NCBI GenBank assembly: GCA_963702005.1
Contig: OY969696.1
Span: 160,001 to 224,000, forward strand
DNA from: Candidatus Aminicenantes bacterium
GTDB lineage: Bacteria; Acidobacteriota; Aminicenantia; Aminicenantales; JAFGBC01
Direction of reading: 5' to 3'
Length of the DNA stretch: 64,000 nucleotides
The notes under the pieces are model-generated. The model had not been told where the DNA came from. It searched no databases and worked only from the letters and a program-made list of their open reading frames with translations. Position 1 is the first letter of the stretch. Each line of letters begins with the position of its first letter. Positions 47,128 through 58,194 of the stretch are shown piece by piece. Position numbers and translations under genes: made by a program.

Positions 47128-48453
47128 CTATCTCGCGCTTCGGGATTCTCCACGGCGCTCCTCAACCTTCCACAGCGAGAACCCGAAACGCTTTTCACGC
47201 TTGTTCTGAATGGGGCTGACAACGACCAAGCCGCCCGCTCGCAGGAAGGAAACGGCAAGATATTCTCCGGCCGTATCGCGAATCAGCGCGTCTTCCGGCC
47301 AAGAGCGGTTTTGCCGCCAACTATCGGGTTTGAACGGCGCCGACTCAACCATGCGAGGTGGCGTTTCGCCCTCGCCCACGTCGATGCGGGCCACATGCGC
47401 TTGCCATGTCCCGGTCCAACCTGAAAACCACGTCGCCGCCAGTTCACCCTCGCCGCGCGCCACCAGATAGGGGAAATACGCCACTTCAGGGCTCTCTTCG
47501 AGCCGCCATGTCGTCCATGTCGCGCCTTGATCGACTGAGCGCCCCAGCCAGATTCCTTTTAAGTTGGTCCAGAACGAGTAAAGGGCGCCGCGGGCGTCCC
47601 AAGCCACCGGCTCTACCCAGCGCGGGACGGGGAATTCGCTTTCCGGGTTCCACTCACGGGTACCCGGCGCCGCGTGTTTTTGCCACGTCATGCCCCCGTC
47701 CGTGCTCACGGCGATGAGGTCGACGCCCTCGTCATATTTCGGGCCCGCGGCCGATGTCGGCGTCACCCGCACCGCCACTTCGCCGTTCGGGCCCACGGCC
47801 AGATGACTCGAACCGCCCTGCGGATGGATCCGGGCTCGCTCCGTCCAGGTCAGGCCGCCGTCCTGGCTGACGGCATAGCAGACGCCGCGGCCGTCGTTCC
47901 AGATCACGTGAGCCGTGCCGTCCGGCGCCACCTTGACCCAGGGGCGATCGTCGAACCTGGTTTTTGATAGCAATGTCCACTTCCAGGTCGCGCCCACGTC
48001 CTTGCTGACGCCGACGCTGATCTGCTTGCCTTCATCCGCCTTTTCGTCGTAGACCAGCGTCGCGAAATAGAGGGTGCCGTCGCGGGCCACCGCCAGGTCC
48101 ACGTCGGAATTGCCGGCCGCGCCACTCGCCTCGGTTCCGACATTGACCCGGGTCCAGGTCGTCCCTCCATCGCGGCTCTTCCAGAGGGTCGCCTCATCCG
48201 ACCTCTTCCCGCTCATGAAGGCCGCTCCGTAACCGCTGACGAAGAGCGTGCCGTCGGGATGCTCCACGATCATCGGCTCGCGGGCAAGGACGTCAGGATG
48301 CTCGACGGGAGCCGCCATGGTCAGCGTCCACGGAGGCGACGTTTCAGACGATGCGCGGCCAACGCCGCCGGAGCGTCGGCACTCCGCCAGCCCGACTAGA
48401 CATAACACAATCATACCCGAACACAGCAGAAATCGAATTTGACATGAGTTCAT
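47128..48453 (-). CDS. Exported BNR/Asp-box (sialidase-like) beta-propeller protein
   Basis: SRDGGTTW, SKDVGATW, SQDGGLTW, STDGGMTW, SVDQGATW. Confidence 0.88.
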   Translation of the reverse strand: MNSCQIRFLLCSGMIVLCLVGLAECRRSGGVGRASSETSPPWTLTMAAPVEHPDVLAREPMIVEHPDGTLFVSGYGAAFMSGKRSDEATLWKSRDGGTTWTRVNVGTEASGAAGNSDVDLAVARDGTLYFATLVYDEKADEGKQISVGVSKDVGATWKWTLLSKTRFDDRPWVKVAPDGTAHVIWNDGRGVCYAVSQDGGLTWTERARIHPQGGSSHLAVGPNGEVAVRVTPTSAAGPKYDEGVDLIAVSTDGGMTWQKHAAPGTREWNPESEFPVPRWVEPVAWDARGALYSFWTNLKGIWLGRSVDQGATWTTWRLEESPEVAYFPYLVARGEGELAATWFSGWTGTWQAHVARIDVGEGETPPRMVESAPFKPDSWRQNRSWPEDALIRDTAGEYLAVSFLRAGGLVVVSPIQNKREKRFGFSLWKVEERRGESRSAR

Positions 48454-48679
48454 TTGGTCGCCTCCCCTATGCCTTCCTCAGTTTTTTCAGCATCTCGACG
48501 GCATTCGAATTCTAAGAATTCAATGCGTGAGTTTGAGCTACCCCAACCCGTAAGGCATGAATGATTATGTACCCTACTCCATAAAAGAGCAAGGGGGGCA
48601 ATCCGGCTAAGCCGTTTCAGGCTGTGCCCGCGGGAGGCGCTTATAACGGCCGAGGGGAGCGCGGAAATATCAAGGAGGG

Positions 48680-50710
48680 CTATTGAACCACAAAATAGCT
48701 GGAGACAAACGCCTTCGATCCGGAAGCCGTCTCATCCGCGAATATATAGAGAGCATATTCTCCCGGCTTTAGCTCCCCTATCGCAAGCTCCAATAAACAA
48801 ATGGATATTCCCGGATTCTGGCTTTGCTTCACGATAGACGTTGGAATCGGGATTCTCTCCCCGGAAGAAACATTGACGAGCTGGCCGGAGAAGGCCAGTT
48901 CAGGCTTCGTTGAAATGGACTCGAGGCAGCGGACGAGAGCGAATAGTTTCGTTTGCGCTTTATCAAGCGGTTCCATAAGCGGACAATATCGCTCTCCATC
49001 AAAAGGATAGATATCGGAGAATCGGACCCGCTGGTGATCTTTATTTGCTCGATCCCCTTCATTCAGGAAGACCGTTCCTTGCCCCGTTTTCAGCAGGAGC
49101 GGCGGCAAAAGCGTTAGGCCTGATTTCGGCCCGCCGGGAACGTTGACCCGATAAGAGCCTCTCGCTCCCATCCCGCTCGCCATATTCCTGAGGACAACCC
49201 GGCATTCGTATCGGCCCGGAGAAAGCGAGACCGCGGAACCAAAAAACGCTTCTTCCGCTGCCGACGGCCATCCTCCGATCTCTTCCCTTTCCAGCGCAAC
49301 CACATCATTGTTTTGATCAAACATGAGGGTTGCGACTTCGGACTTCTCCCCCGCCATCTCCCTGATCTTCTTGACCGGAATCTTGGCCAGGATCGCGAGA
49401 TCCGTCTTTTCTCCGACGGCATAGGGCAAAACGAGCAGCGGGAAATCGACGGGCTCTTGAAGATGAGGCTTTTCGCTCAAGGCCAGGTCGATGAGATGGA
49501 GGACCTTTTCATTTTCCGAATACTCAGAGAAGAGTTTCGGGTTGAAATATCCTTTTTGTCCGAAGACGGAGCATCCTTCCCTCTTGACCTCGACCCGGAC
49601 ATTATGGAAACGGCCGTCCCACTTTTCGTCGATATAATATCCAAGCACATAGTAGGTTCCGGTTACCTGTTGAATCGTCCGGTTAATGTTCTCATAGCTG
49701 TTGATGTTGTCGAAATACTTGCCGCCCGAGTCCCTGGCCAATTGTCTGAGTGCTCCATCGCCCCTCAGGTCGCTTTCTTCGAAAGGCGCGGACCCGGCGC
49801 TGGAGACGTTGACGGCATAGACTGCGCTGTTTGAGCCCGCCAGTTCCTTGCACATCTCGTTGTAGCGGTCTCGCAACGCGGCATCCCCCCACTGGCCTCC
49901 CGTTTCGTCAATGAGATTTGACCCTCCATAGAGCGCATAATTTGGGATTCCGGAGGAGAATAGAATAATATTCTTAATACCGGGAATGTTTCGGAGCGCC
50001 TTTGCCAGCTCTGAAATCTGCGAAGCGAAGCCGATGGCTTCTTTTTTCAAGATAGATTGTTCCGCTCCGGCGATTCTGCTTGTCGTATCGGAGCCAATGG
50101 CCCTATCCAACTTCAGATGATCTTTAAGCCACTCGCTTTCGATCCCCCAGGCTCTCCCCAGGAATTGGCTAGGTCCCAAACCCGCGACGACTTGGCGGAT
50201 TCTCCGGTGGTCGGACGTCAGATATTCGTGGAGAGTCAGGCCTTTTCTCGCCGAAAACGATATAACCCCGACTTCGTCTTCGGGACGGATCTGGGTGTCG
50301 AGAAAATTCAGCGCGGCCGTCCTCGATTTGGAGATTCCCGCTTTATTGTTGAAGGCGAAATCGAAAAACAGGAAGAACTTCCGGTTTGTTTTTGAAACAG
50401 GCCCGGAAGGGACAGAAGATGGCGGGACTTGTGGAATTTGATCCAGGGACAACTCGTGGCTTTCGAAATCCGTAATGGGCTTGGCTTGGCCATTGTCATA
50501 AAGCTCAAAGTCGGCTTTGGCTAAATCGGCGACGGCATTTCCAGACTTATCCAGGATATAAACCTGTACCAATTTCAGCGTTACGGAGACCTCATGGTGT
50601 AGGGCGGCTTGATTTTTATTCTCTTGCTCCTGCCGAGGCTGAGACGGCAAACTTAAACAAACAATTAAGAGTACAAGACAGGAGATTTTAAAAAATAATG
50701 ACTCCTTCAT
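48680..50710 (-). CDS. Exported VWA-domain protein (acidobacterial type)
   Basis: VTLKLVQVYILDKSG, DFELYDNG, KNIILFSSG, YYVLGY, GRFHNVRVEVKR. Confidence 0.85.
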   Translation of the reverse strand: MKESLFFKISCLVLLIVCLSLPSQPRQEQENKNQAALHHEVSVTLKLVQVYILDKSGNAVADLAKADFELYDNGQAKPITDFESHELSLDQIPQVPPSSVPSGPVSKTNRKFFLFFDFAFNNKAGISKSRTAALNFLDTQIRPEDEVGVISFSARKGLTLHEYLTSDHRRIRQVVAGLGPSQFLGRAWGIESEWLKDHLKLDRAIGSDTTSRIAGAEQSILKKEAIGFASQISELAKALRNIPGIKNIILFSSGIPNYALYGGSNLIDETGGQWGDAALRDRYNEMCKELAGSNSAVYAVNVSSAGSAPFEESDLRGDGALRQLARDSGGKYFDNINSYENINRTIQQVTGTYYVLGYYIDEKWDGRFHNVRVEVKREGCSVFGQKGYFNPKLFSEYSENEKVLHLIDLALSEKPHLQEPVDFPLLVLPYAVGEKTDLAILAKIPVKKIREMAGEKSEVATLMFDQNNDVVALEREEIGGWPSAAEEAFFGSAVSLSPGRYECRVVLRNMASGMGARGSYRVNVPGGPKSGLTLLPPLLLKTGQGTVFLNEGDRANKDHQRVRFSDIYPFDGERYCPLMEPLDKAQTKLFALVRCLESISTKPELAFSGQLVNVSSGERIPIPTSIVKQSQNPGISICLLELAIGELKPGEYALYIFADETASGSKAFVSSYFVVQ

Positions 50711-50795
50711 CTCGATATGGTCCCTCGTAGAATAGCTTATTTTGCTCTTGCCGGATTCGCCTTATTAAATTTCGCGTATCATCGCGGACTCCGGC

Positions 50796-53012
50796 TCAGC
50801 CTTCAGCGAGGTTCATCTTCTTCAACAATGGCTTGAACCGAGAGTCCTCCTGAAGTTGGGGAACGAACAGCTTGGTGTAGATATGAATGAACGGCATCAA
50901 GGTATCACGCTCCTCATAGGCCTTGTCAAAACAGGCAAAGGCTTCATCAAAATTCCCCAGGGTTCCCCACAACCACCCGATGCAGGTAGACGACACATAA
51001 GCCTTCTTCTTCTGGGCCAACATGTCCGCCAAGATTTTTTCGGCCTCCTGTTTTTCCCCTCTTCCCGCATGGATCATGCCGAGCCAACCATCCACCCAGC
51101 CGGCATAAACGGCCAATTCCTTGGACTTCTGAAAAGACGAGATCGCTTTTTCGAACTCCCTTCTTAAGGAATAAGCCACGCCGACATGGAAATAAGCGAG
51201 TCCCGAGCGGGGGTCCATCTCGACGGCTTTTTGAAATTCCGAGATGGCGGCATCGGGTTGCCCGACCGACCAATGGATGCCCACCGAAAAGGCATAGAAT
51301 AAAGGCTGGAGCGGATCCAAATCCAGAGCCAGTTTGATTTCCCTGGCGGCTTCTTCATATCGTCTCCGGGAGAGACAGAGCCAGGCATAGGTGGCATGGC
51401 TGATGGCGGCCCCGGGGTTGATGGCCAAGGCCCGCCCGAAGCTCCTCTCGGCGGTTTCCCAGTCCCACTCGAACCACAAGGCGATAGAAGCCGTTTGATA
51501 ATGAGCTTCGGCCAGGCGGCTGTCCAATTCCAGGGCCTTCTGAAAAGCCGCCTTGGCCTTGGGCAACACGTCCGCCGGAGAGGCCAGGCTCAAGATGCCC
51601 AAATTCGTATAGACGACGGCCATTCCGGCGTAGGCCAGCGCAAAATTCGGATCCCTGTCGATGGCTCTTCGGAAGTAGTCGAGGGCCGTATCCGAGGCTT
51701 CAAGGCTTGGCTTATAGGTAAAATAAAGGCCTTTAAGGTAGAGGTTATAAGCCTCCGGATCGTCCGTATGGCGTTTCTCGATGGCCGCCTTTTCTTGAGC
51801 CAGCAGCTTGACCTCCAAATTGTCCACGATGGCCTTGGCTATTTCGTCTTGGATGGCGAAGATGTCCTCCATCTCCCGGTCGAATTTCTCGGACCAGAGG
51901 TGAAAGCCGTCCTCGACCTTGATCAGCTGGGCCGTGATGCGCAGCTTGTTCCCGGCCTTTCGGATGCTTCCCTCGAGCACCGTGTCGACGCCCAATCTCC
52001 GGCCGGCGTCCCGCAGGTCGAGGTCCTTCCCTTTGAAGGCGAACGCCGAAGTCCGGGCCACGACGCGTAAATCCCTGATATGGGTCAGGCCGTTGATAAG
52101 CTCCTCGGCTATGCCGTCGCAAAAATATTCCTGGTCCTTCTGGGGGCTCATGTCCACAAAGGGAAAGACGGCGATCGAAGGCGTGCGCGCGCCGGAAGCG
52201 GGCTTGTCAAAGGATTTCAAGGCCTCGGCCAGGGCACCGGCGTCCTGGTATCGATTCCCGGAGTCCTTCTCGAGGCATCTGCGGACGATGGTCTCCAGTT
52301 GATCCGGAATCTCTTGTCCCGGGCGAAGGAGAGGGGGAGGCGTCTCGTTGAGAATCGAATGGATGACGGCCAGATCCCGGCCGCTCTGGAAAGGCCGACG
52401 GCCCGAGAGCATCTCGAACAGCACGCAGCCTAGCGACCAAATGTCGGTTCGCTGATCGACGACTCCGCCCCGCGCCTGCTCGGGCGCCATGTAGGCTAAG
52501 GTCCCCATGACGGCCATCGTCCTGGTCAGGTCGTCGCCCCGCTCGAGCAGCTTGGCCAGGCCGAAATCCATGATCTTCGCCTGGCCGTCCTCCGTCAGCA
52601 TGATATTGCCCGGCTTGATGTCCCGATGGACGATCCCCCGGCCGTGGGCGTTCTTAAGGCCTTCCGCCACCTGGACGGCAATAGTCACGGCTTCTGAAAT
52701 TCCAAGCGGTCCCGACGAGATTCGATCCTTTAAGCTCCGCCCTTTGATAAAGGCCATAGCGATATAGGTCTGGCCGTCGGCCTCGTTGATTTCATAGATT
52801 GTGCAGATATTGGGATGGTCCAAGGCCGCCGCCGCCTGCGCCTCCTGGACGAACCGCGCTTGGGCTTGGGGATCCCTCCTGAATTCGGCCGGCAGGAACT
52901 TCAGCGCGACCATCCTCTTGAGCTTCGTGTCCTCGGCCTTGTAGACGACTCCCATCCCGCCTTCCCCGATTTTCTCGAGGATTTTAAAGTGCGAAGCTGT
53001 TTTTCCGATCAT
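50796..53012 (-). CDS. Ser/Thr protein kinase with TolB-N-like and TPR domains
   Basis: [40 protein letters not shown], TPRs. Confidence 0.95.
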   Translation of the reverse strand: MIGKTASHFKILEKIGEGGMGVVYKAEDTKLKRMVALKFLPAEFRRDPQAQARFVQEAQAAAALDHPNICTIYEINEADGQTYIAMAFIKGRSLKDRISSGPLGISEAVTIAVQVAEGLKNAHGRGIVHRDIKPGNIMLTEDGQAKIMDFGLAKLLERGDDLTRTMAVMGTLAYMAPEQARGGVVDQRTDIWSLGCVLFEMLSGRRPFQSGRDLAVIHSILNETPPPLLRPGQEIPDQLETIVRRCLEKDSGNRYQDAGALAEALKSFDKPASGARTPSIAVFPFVDMSPQKDQEYFCDGIAEELINGLTHIRDLRVVARTSAFAFKGKDLDLRDAGRRLGVDTVLEGSIRKAGNKLRITAQLIKVEDGFHLWSEKFDREMEDIFAIQDEIAKAIVDNLEVKLLAQEKAAIEKRHTDDPEAYNLYLKGLYFTYKPSLEASDTALDYFRRAIDRDPNFALAYAGMAVVYTNLGILSLASPADVLPKAKAAFQKALELDSRLAEAHYQTASIALWFEWDWETAERSFGRALAINPGAAISHATYAWLCLSRRRYEEAAREIKLALDLDPLQPLFYAFSVGIHWSVGQPDAAISEFQKAVEMDPRSGLAYFHVGVAYSLRREFEKAISSFQKSKELAVYAGWVDGWLGMIHAGRGEKQEAEKILADMLAQKKKAYVSSTCIGWLWGTLGNFDEAFACFDKAYEERDTLMPFIHIYTKLFVPQLQEDSRFKPLLKKMNLAEG

Positions 53013-53267
53013 CGGCTGCTCCCGATTTCCCGATATTCTTGACTGAGAGCAATGAAAGCACTTCCCCTTTCGTCCTGCCCGGAATTGATGCCGCCTCTTA
53101 GGAAATCATGTTATCTCCCTCCGGCGCGCGAAGTCAAGACGCCGAGCCAAGGCGCCAACGCCAAGGATTCCATGAACCTTGATCTCTCCGATTCCGTAGA
53201 TAGATACGCGGATGCCAGGGATTTACCCGGGTCCTTATGTTAGAATCGGACTCGCAGGAGGCGTCGC

Positions 53268-55214
53268 ATGAAAAAAGCTTTTCTATTATTCGCCGCCAGC
53301 GCCCTCATCTCCGGCGGCGGCCTCTGGGGAGCGCTGAGCCGCCAGGTCGTCAGCTACGACATCCAGGCCCGCCTCGTTCCCGACACGAAAACGGTCCTAG
53401 GACACGAGGTCATGACCTGGACCAACGATTCCGCGACCCCGGTCGGCGAGCTCCGCTTCCACCTCTACATGAACGCCTTCAAGAACAATCGGACGACCTT
53501 CATGACCGAGAGCGGGGGCGCCCACCGGGGATTCAAGGCGGATAAGGACAACTGGGGCTTCATCACCGTCAAAAAGATCGCCGTCCGGGACGGCGCCGAC
53601 CTGACCGGCGCCATGGCCGCCGTCCAACCCGACGACCGGAATCCCGACGACCAGACCGTGATGAAGGTGGATCTGCCGGCGCCCGTGGCGCCGCAAGCGT
53701 CGATCACCCTGGTCATCGATTTCGAGACCAAGCTGCCCAAGGTGTTCGCCCGCGCCGGGTTCTCCGGGAATTTCTTCATGATCGGGCAGTGGTTCCCCAA
53801 AATCGGCGTCTTCTGGAACGGCGCCTGGAACTGCCACCAGTACCACGCCCACTCCGAGTTCTTCGCCGACTACGGAGCCTTCCGGGTCGAACTCACGGTC
53901 CCGGCCGACTACGTCGTCGGAGCCACCGGCAAGCGGACCGCGGAAACCCGGAACGACGATGGGACGGTGACCTATCGACACGTCCAGGAGGACGTTCACG
54001 ACTTCGCCTGGACGGCCTGCCCGGAGTTCGTCGAGTTCAGGGATACATTCGTTCTAAACGACCCGCCCGTCTCCACCGAGATGATCCTGCTCATCCACCG
54101 CAGCCACCTCGGCCAGAAGGACCGCTACGCCCGGGCCCTTCGCCAAGGCCTGGAGTTCTACAGCCGGAACTACGGCCCCTATCCCTACCCGACGATCACG
54201 CTGGTCGACCCGGCCCCGGGAGCGATGGCCGCCGGCGGGATGGAATATCCTACGCTGTTCACGGCCGACACGACGAGCTGGATGCCCAAGGGCATCCTAC
54301 TCCCCGAAATGGTCACCATTCACGAGTTCGGGCACGGCTACTGGTACGGGATCGTGGGCTCGAACGAGTTCGAGGAAGCCTGGCTCGACGAGGGCATCAA
54401 CTCCTACTCCGAAGTCAAGGCCCTGAACCATTATTACGGCGCCGACCGGTCGCTCATCGATTTCGGCGGCCTCCGGATCGGGGATCTCGATTATCACCGG
54501 GTGGCCGTGATGGGCTCGGGGCGGTTCGATCCGATCGTCAAGAACTCCTGGGATTACGTCAGCGGATCGAGCTACGGCCTGAACGTCTATTCCAAGGCGG
54601 CCTTGATGATGCTGACGCTCGAAAACTGGCTGGGCGAGGACGCAATGTCCAGGATCATGAAAACGTACTACGAGCGCTGGAAATTCCGCCATCCGACGAC
54701 CGGGGATTTCGTCCGCGTCGCCGAGGAAGTGAGCGGCAAAGACCTGGCCTGGTTCTTCAACCAAGTCCTCTACAGCCCGGATAAACTCGATTACGCCGTC
54801 ACCGACCTTACCTCCTTGGAGGTCAAAGAACCCGTCGGCGTTTTCGACGGCCAAGTTCGGCCTACGGAATCCGCGCGAGACCTGAAGAGCGCGGCGCCCC
54901 CCAAGCAGTTCCGCAGCGAAGTCGTCGTCGCCCGGCTCGGAGAATGGGTCTTTCCTCAGGAGATTCTGGTCGAGTTCGGCGACGGACACAAGGTTCGGGA
55001 AACCTGGGACGGCCGGGACCGCTGGAAACGTTTCGCCTATACCGGCCCCGCCAAGGTCGTACGGGCCGAGGTCGACCCCGACCATAAGCTGGTCCTCGAC
55101 CTGAACCTCACCAACAACAGCATGATTCTGGAGCCGAAACGAGGGCCGGTCCTGAAATACGCGCTCGGCTTCACGGCCTGGTTCCAAGGCCTCCTCTCCC
55201 TGATTTCGCTTTGA
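53268..55214 (+). CDS. M1-family zinc aminopeptidase
   Basis: GGMEYP, HEFGH..WLDEG. Confidence 0.95.
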   Translation: MKKAFLLFAASALISGGGLWGALSRQVVSYDIQARLVPDTKTVLGHEVMTWTNDSATPVGELRFHLYMNAFKNNRTTFMTESGGAHRGFKADKDNWGFITVKKIAVRDGADLTGAMAAVQPDDRNPDDQTVMKVDLPAPVAPQASITLVIDFETKLPKVFARAGFSGNFFMIGQWFPKIGVFWNGAWNCHQYHAHSEFFADYGAFRVELTVPADYVVGATGKRTAETRNDDGTVTYRHVQEDVHDFAWTACPEFVEFRDTFVLNDPPVSTEMILLIHRSHLGQKDRYARALRQGLEFYSRNYGPYPYPTITLVDPAPGAMAAGGMEYPTLFTADTTSWMPKGILLPEMVTIHEFGHGYWYGIVGSNEFEEAWLDEGINSYSEVKALNHYYGADRSLIDFGGLRIGDLDYHRVAVMGSGRFDPIVKNSWDYVSGSSYGLNVYSKAALMMLTLENWLGEDAMSRIMKTYYERWKFRHPTTGDFVRVAEEVSGKDLAWFFNQVLYSPDKLDYAVTDLTSLEVKEPVGVFDGQVRPTESARDLKSAAPPKQFRSEVVVARLGEWVFPQEILVEFGDGHKVRETWDGRDRWKRFAYTGPAKVVRAEVDPDHKLVLDLNLTNNSMILEPKRGPVLKYALGFTAWFQGLLSLISL

Positions 55215-55228
55215 AAGGGACGGCCGCC

Positions 55229-56158
55229 ATGAAAATACCAGCCGCTTACGGCAAAGGGATCCGGGAGGCGACCTCCCGGCCGAAAATCGTCCTGATCCTG
55301 TGGTTGGCGAACCTCCTGTTCGCTTCGCTTGCTTATGTGCTGTTTTCGAGCGTTTTCGCCTCCGCGCTCGGCCGGAGCGGTCTGGCCGCCGGATTGATGA
55401 AGAAAGCCGACACGAACTTTTTTTTCGAGGCCCTGACGACCTCGGGACGTCCCCTGGGCGTCATGATGGCCGCGCTCACGACCCTCCTCCTGATCTATTT
55501 CCTGGCCTCCATTTTTCTCCAGGGCGGAATCCTGCGCGGATTGTTGGACGGGTCGAGCGAGAAACGGTCGGGACGAGTCTTTTTCGCCGGCGGCGCCGCG
55601 TTCTACGGCCGATTCCTTCGGCTCGCGCTTTGCTCAGTCCTCCTTTGGCTTCCGGCCGCGCTCATCCTGATCGTGCTGAACGTTCTGTTGAAAGCCGCCG
55701 GCAAGGGATCGACCAACGAACAGCTCGGCTTCGATCTAAGGCTGCTATGGATCGTCCTATGGGTTTTCCTTTTGTTTCTCATCAAAATGATCATGGACTA
55801 TGCCCGGATCCGGATCGCGGTTCAGGATTCGCGCAAAGTCCTGAAGGCCTTGTTCGGTTCCGTTCGATTCGTTTTCCGCCGGCCCGTCCTGACCCTGGGG
55901 CTGTATTATCTCCTGGGTCTCACCGGGTGGGCGATGTTCGCCGTTTGGAGACTCCTCCATTCGGCCTTGTCCCCGACGAATCTTGGAGCCGTTTGGATCG
56001 GCTTTCTGCTGGCGCAGGTGTTTATCGCCGGCCGGGGATGGCTCGGCATCGCCTATTCGTCGGCCCAGCTGCAGATCTTCACGATGAGCGAGTCGGGGAA
56101 TCCCGCCGCTGCGGCCTCGGGCGCCGAGCCCGCGGCGCAGCCTTCGCTAGCCGCGTAA
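55229..56158 (+). CDS. Multi-pass membrane protein
   Basis: About six hydrophobic segments; directly follows the M1 peptidase gene. Confidence 0.8.
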   Translation: MKIPAAYGKGIREATSRPKIVLILWLANLLFASLAYVLFSSVFASALGRSGLAAGLMKKADTNFFFEALTTSGRPLGVMMAALTTLLLIYFLASIFLQGGILRGLLDGSSEKRSGRVFFAGGAAFYGRFLRLALCSVLLWLPAALILIVLNVLLKAAGKGSTNEQLGFDLRLLWIVLWVFLLFLIKMIMDYARIRIAVQDSRKVLKALFGSVRFVFRRPVLTLGLYYLLGLTGWAMFAVWRLLHSALSPTNLGAVWIGFLLAQVFIAGRGWLGIAYSSAQLQIFTMSESGNPAAAASGAEPAAQPSLAA

Positions 56159-56172
56159 CAATCTAAAATAAA

Positions 56173-56202
56173 CGGGGCTGCACCCGAAAGGTCGCGGCCC
56201 CG
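56173..56202. terminator. Hairpin between convergent genes
   Basis: CGGGGCTGC-ACC..GGT-CGCGGCCCCG with an A-rich left flank. Confidence 0.6.
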
Positions 56203-56234
56203 CGTTCCGTGTTCGTCCGATGCCGATGCCAAAA

Positions 56235-56516
56235 TCAGGTGAGGACGGCGTCCTTGCAGGCCTTGGCGACCCGGAACTTGACGACCCGCTTGGCCGGGAT
56301 CTGGATCGTCTCGCCCGTCGCCGGATTGCGGCCGATGCGCGCCTTGCGGTCGACCAGCACGAGCTTGCCCAAGCCGGGAACCGTGAACCCGTCCTTGGCG
56401 TTCTTGTGGGCCATCGTCACCAGCTCCTCGATCGCGGCGCCGGCTTGCTTCTTTGTGATTCCGGCCTTCTCGGCCACTCCGGCGATGATCTGTCCCTTGG
56501 TCAGTGTCTTTGGCAT
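56235..56516 (-). CDS. hup: HU-family DNA-binding protein
   Basis: GFTVPGLGK, ARIGRNPATGETIQIPAKRVVKF. Confidence 0.95.
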   Translation of the reverse strand: MPKTLTKGQIIAGVAEKAGITKKQAGAAIEELVTMAHKNAKDGFTVPGLGKLVLVDRKARIGRNPATGETIQIPAKRVVKFRVAKACKDAVLT

Positions 56517-56677
56517 ATGGTCCTCTCCTTAAAAAAATTTCAATCGTTTGAACCTTTTCGTTCCACGATCATCGGCGGCAATATATACGGATTTTGCCCG
56601 AAAATCAACCCCCCCGGCCCTTTTTCCTTTTTTGATTGACTCCGCCAAATGACCTATACTCTAAGTGGAAAAAGACC

Positions 56678-58033
56678 ATGGCCGAAGCGCCGGAACGCCC
56701 CTGGCTGAACGTCCTCGTCGTGGACGACGAGATCAACATCCGCAAGACGCTGACGACCTGCCTCGAAACGGAGGGCCACAAGGTCATCGCCGTCAGCAAC
56801 GCCCAGGATGCGCTGGCCGAGGCCTCGCGGAGATCGTTCGAGCTGGCCTTCGTCGACCTCCGGCTCGGGACGGACGACGGACTCGACCTCATCCCTTCGC
56901 TGCTGAGCGCGACGCCCTGGCTCAAGATCATCGTCATCACGGCCTATGCCTCGATCGACACGGCCGTCGAGGCGATGCGGCGCGGCGCGTCCGACTATAT
57001 CCCGAAGCCGTTCACGCCGGCCCAGATCAAGCTGGCCGTCCAGAAAGTGTCCGCGGCCAGGGAGCTGGAGCAGAAGGTCGCGGCCCTCCAGGAGGTCCTG
57101 GGGCGGGTTCATCCCGAGGTTGATTTTACGAGCGCCAGCCCGGCCATGGAGCGCGTCCTGAACCTGGCGCGTCAGGTCGCCGCCTCCGACGCGACGATCC
57201 TCCTCCGCGGAGAGAGCGGGACGGGCAAGACCGTTCTGGCCCGGGCCGTTCATTCCTGGAGCCGCCGGGCCGCCCGGCCCTTTGGCGTCGTGTCCTGCCC
57301 GGCCTTCCCGGCCGAGCTCCTGGAGAGCGAGCTGTTCGGGCACGTCCGCGGGGCTTTTACGGGAGCGGTCCGCGACAACCCGGGCCGGATCGCCGCCTCG
57401 GAGGGAGGGACGCTCTTCCTGGACGAAATCAGCGACCTCCCCCCGTCCCTGCAGCCCAAGCTTCTGCGCTTCCTCCAAGACAAAGACTACGAACGGGTCG
57501 GCGACAACCTGACCCGCAAGGCCGATGTCCGGATCATGGCGGCCTCCAACGTTGATATAGAACTCGCCGTCCGAGAAGGGCGATTCCGGGAGGACCTCTT
57601 CTACCGGCTCAACGTCATTTCGATCGAGATTCCGCCGCTGAGGGAGCGCCCCGAGGACGTGGCCGCCCTGGCGGAACGCATGCTGGCCTTTTTCGGAAGG
57701 GTCAACCATCGCTCGTTCCTGGGCTTCACGCCGGAGGCGCTCCAGGCTCTCCAACGCTACCGCTGGCCGGGCAATCTCCGCGAGCTCAGCAACGTCGTCG
57801 AACGGGCCGCCATCTTGTGTCGATCCGACCGGGTCGGCCTCGAATGCCTCCCCGCCGGGCTCTGGCCGGGAGATCCCTCCCCCCGAATCGGCGATCCGGT
57901 GACGATCGACAAGATCGAGGAGCAGCACATCCGACGGGTCCTGGCGAATTCGAAATCTCTGGCCGAAGCCGCGGCCCTCCTGGGCATCGATCAAGCCACC
58001 CTCTGGCGTCGCCGCAAAAAGTACGGGATTTAA
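56678..58033 (+). CDS. Sigma54-dependent response regulator (NtrC/AlgB-like)
   Basis: VVDDE receiver, [36 protein letters not shown]. Confidence 0.95.
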   Translation: MAEAPERPWLNVLVVDDEINIRKTLTTCLETEGHKVIAVSNAQDALAEASRRSFELAFVDLRLGTDDGLDLIPSLLSATPWLKIIVITAYASIDTAVEAMRRGASDYIPKPFTPAQIKLAVQKVSAARELEQKVAALQEVLGRVHPEVDFTSASPAMERVLNLARQVAASDATILLRGESGTGKTVLARAVHSWSRRAARPFGVVSCPAFPAELLESELFGHVRGAFTGAVRDNPGRIAASEGGTLFLDEISDLPPSLQPKLLRFLQDKDYERVGDNLTRKADVRIMAASNVDIELAVREGRFREDLFYRLNVISIEIPPLRERPEDVAALAERMLAFFGRVNHRSFLGFTPEALQALQRYRWPGNLRELSNVVERAAILCRSDRVGLECLPAGLWPGDPSPRIGDPVTIDKIEEQHIRRVLANSKSLAEAAALLGIDQATLWRRRKKYGI

Positions 58034-58154
58034 GGCCGTCCCTCCCCGCAGTTTTCAATGGCCGCTTGAGACGCCTATTGAAAAATGCAAGGCTCCTTGC
58101 CGACGCTCTGCATTTATCTTATTTATTATCAATTAGATAAAAGCACTGCCGGAT

Positions 58155-58170
58155 TGGCACGTTCTTTGTA
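58155..58170 (+). promoter_or_regulatory. Sigma54 (-24/-12) promoter
   Basis: TGGCACG-TTCT-TTGTA, 25 bp upstream of the kinase ATG. Confidence 0.7.
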
Positions 58171-58194
58171 TAACATACGAGAGAGGAAATAAAG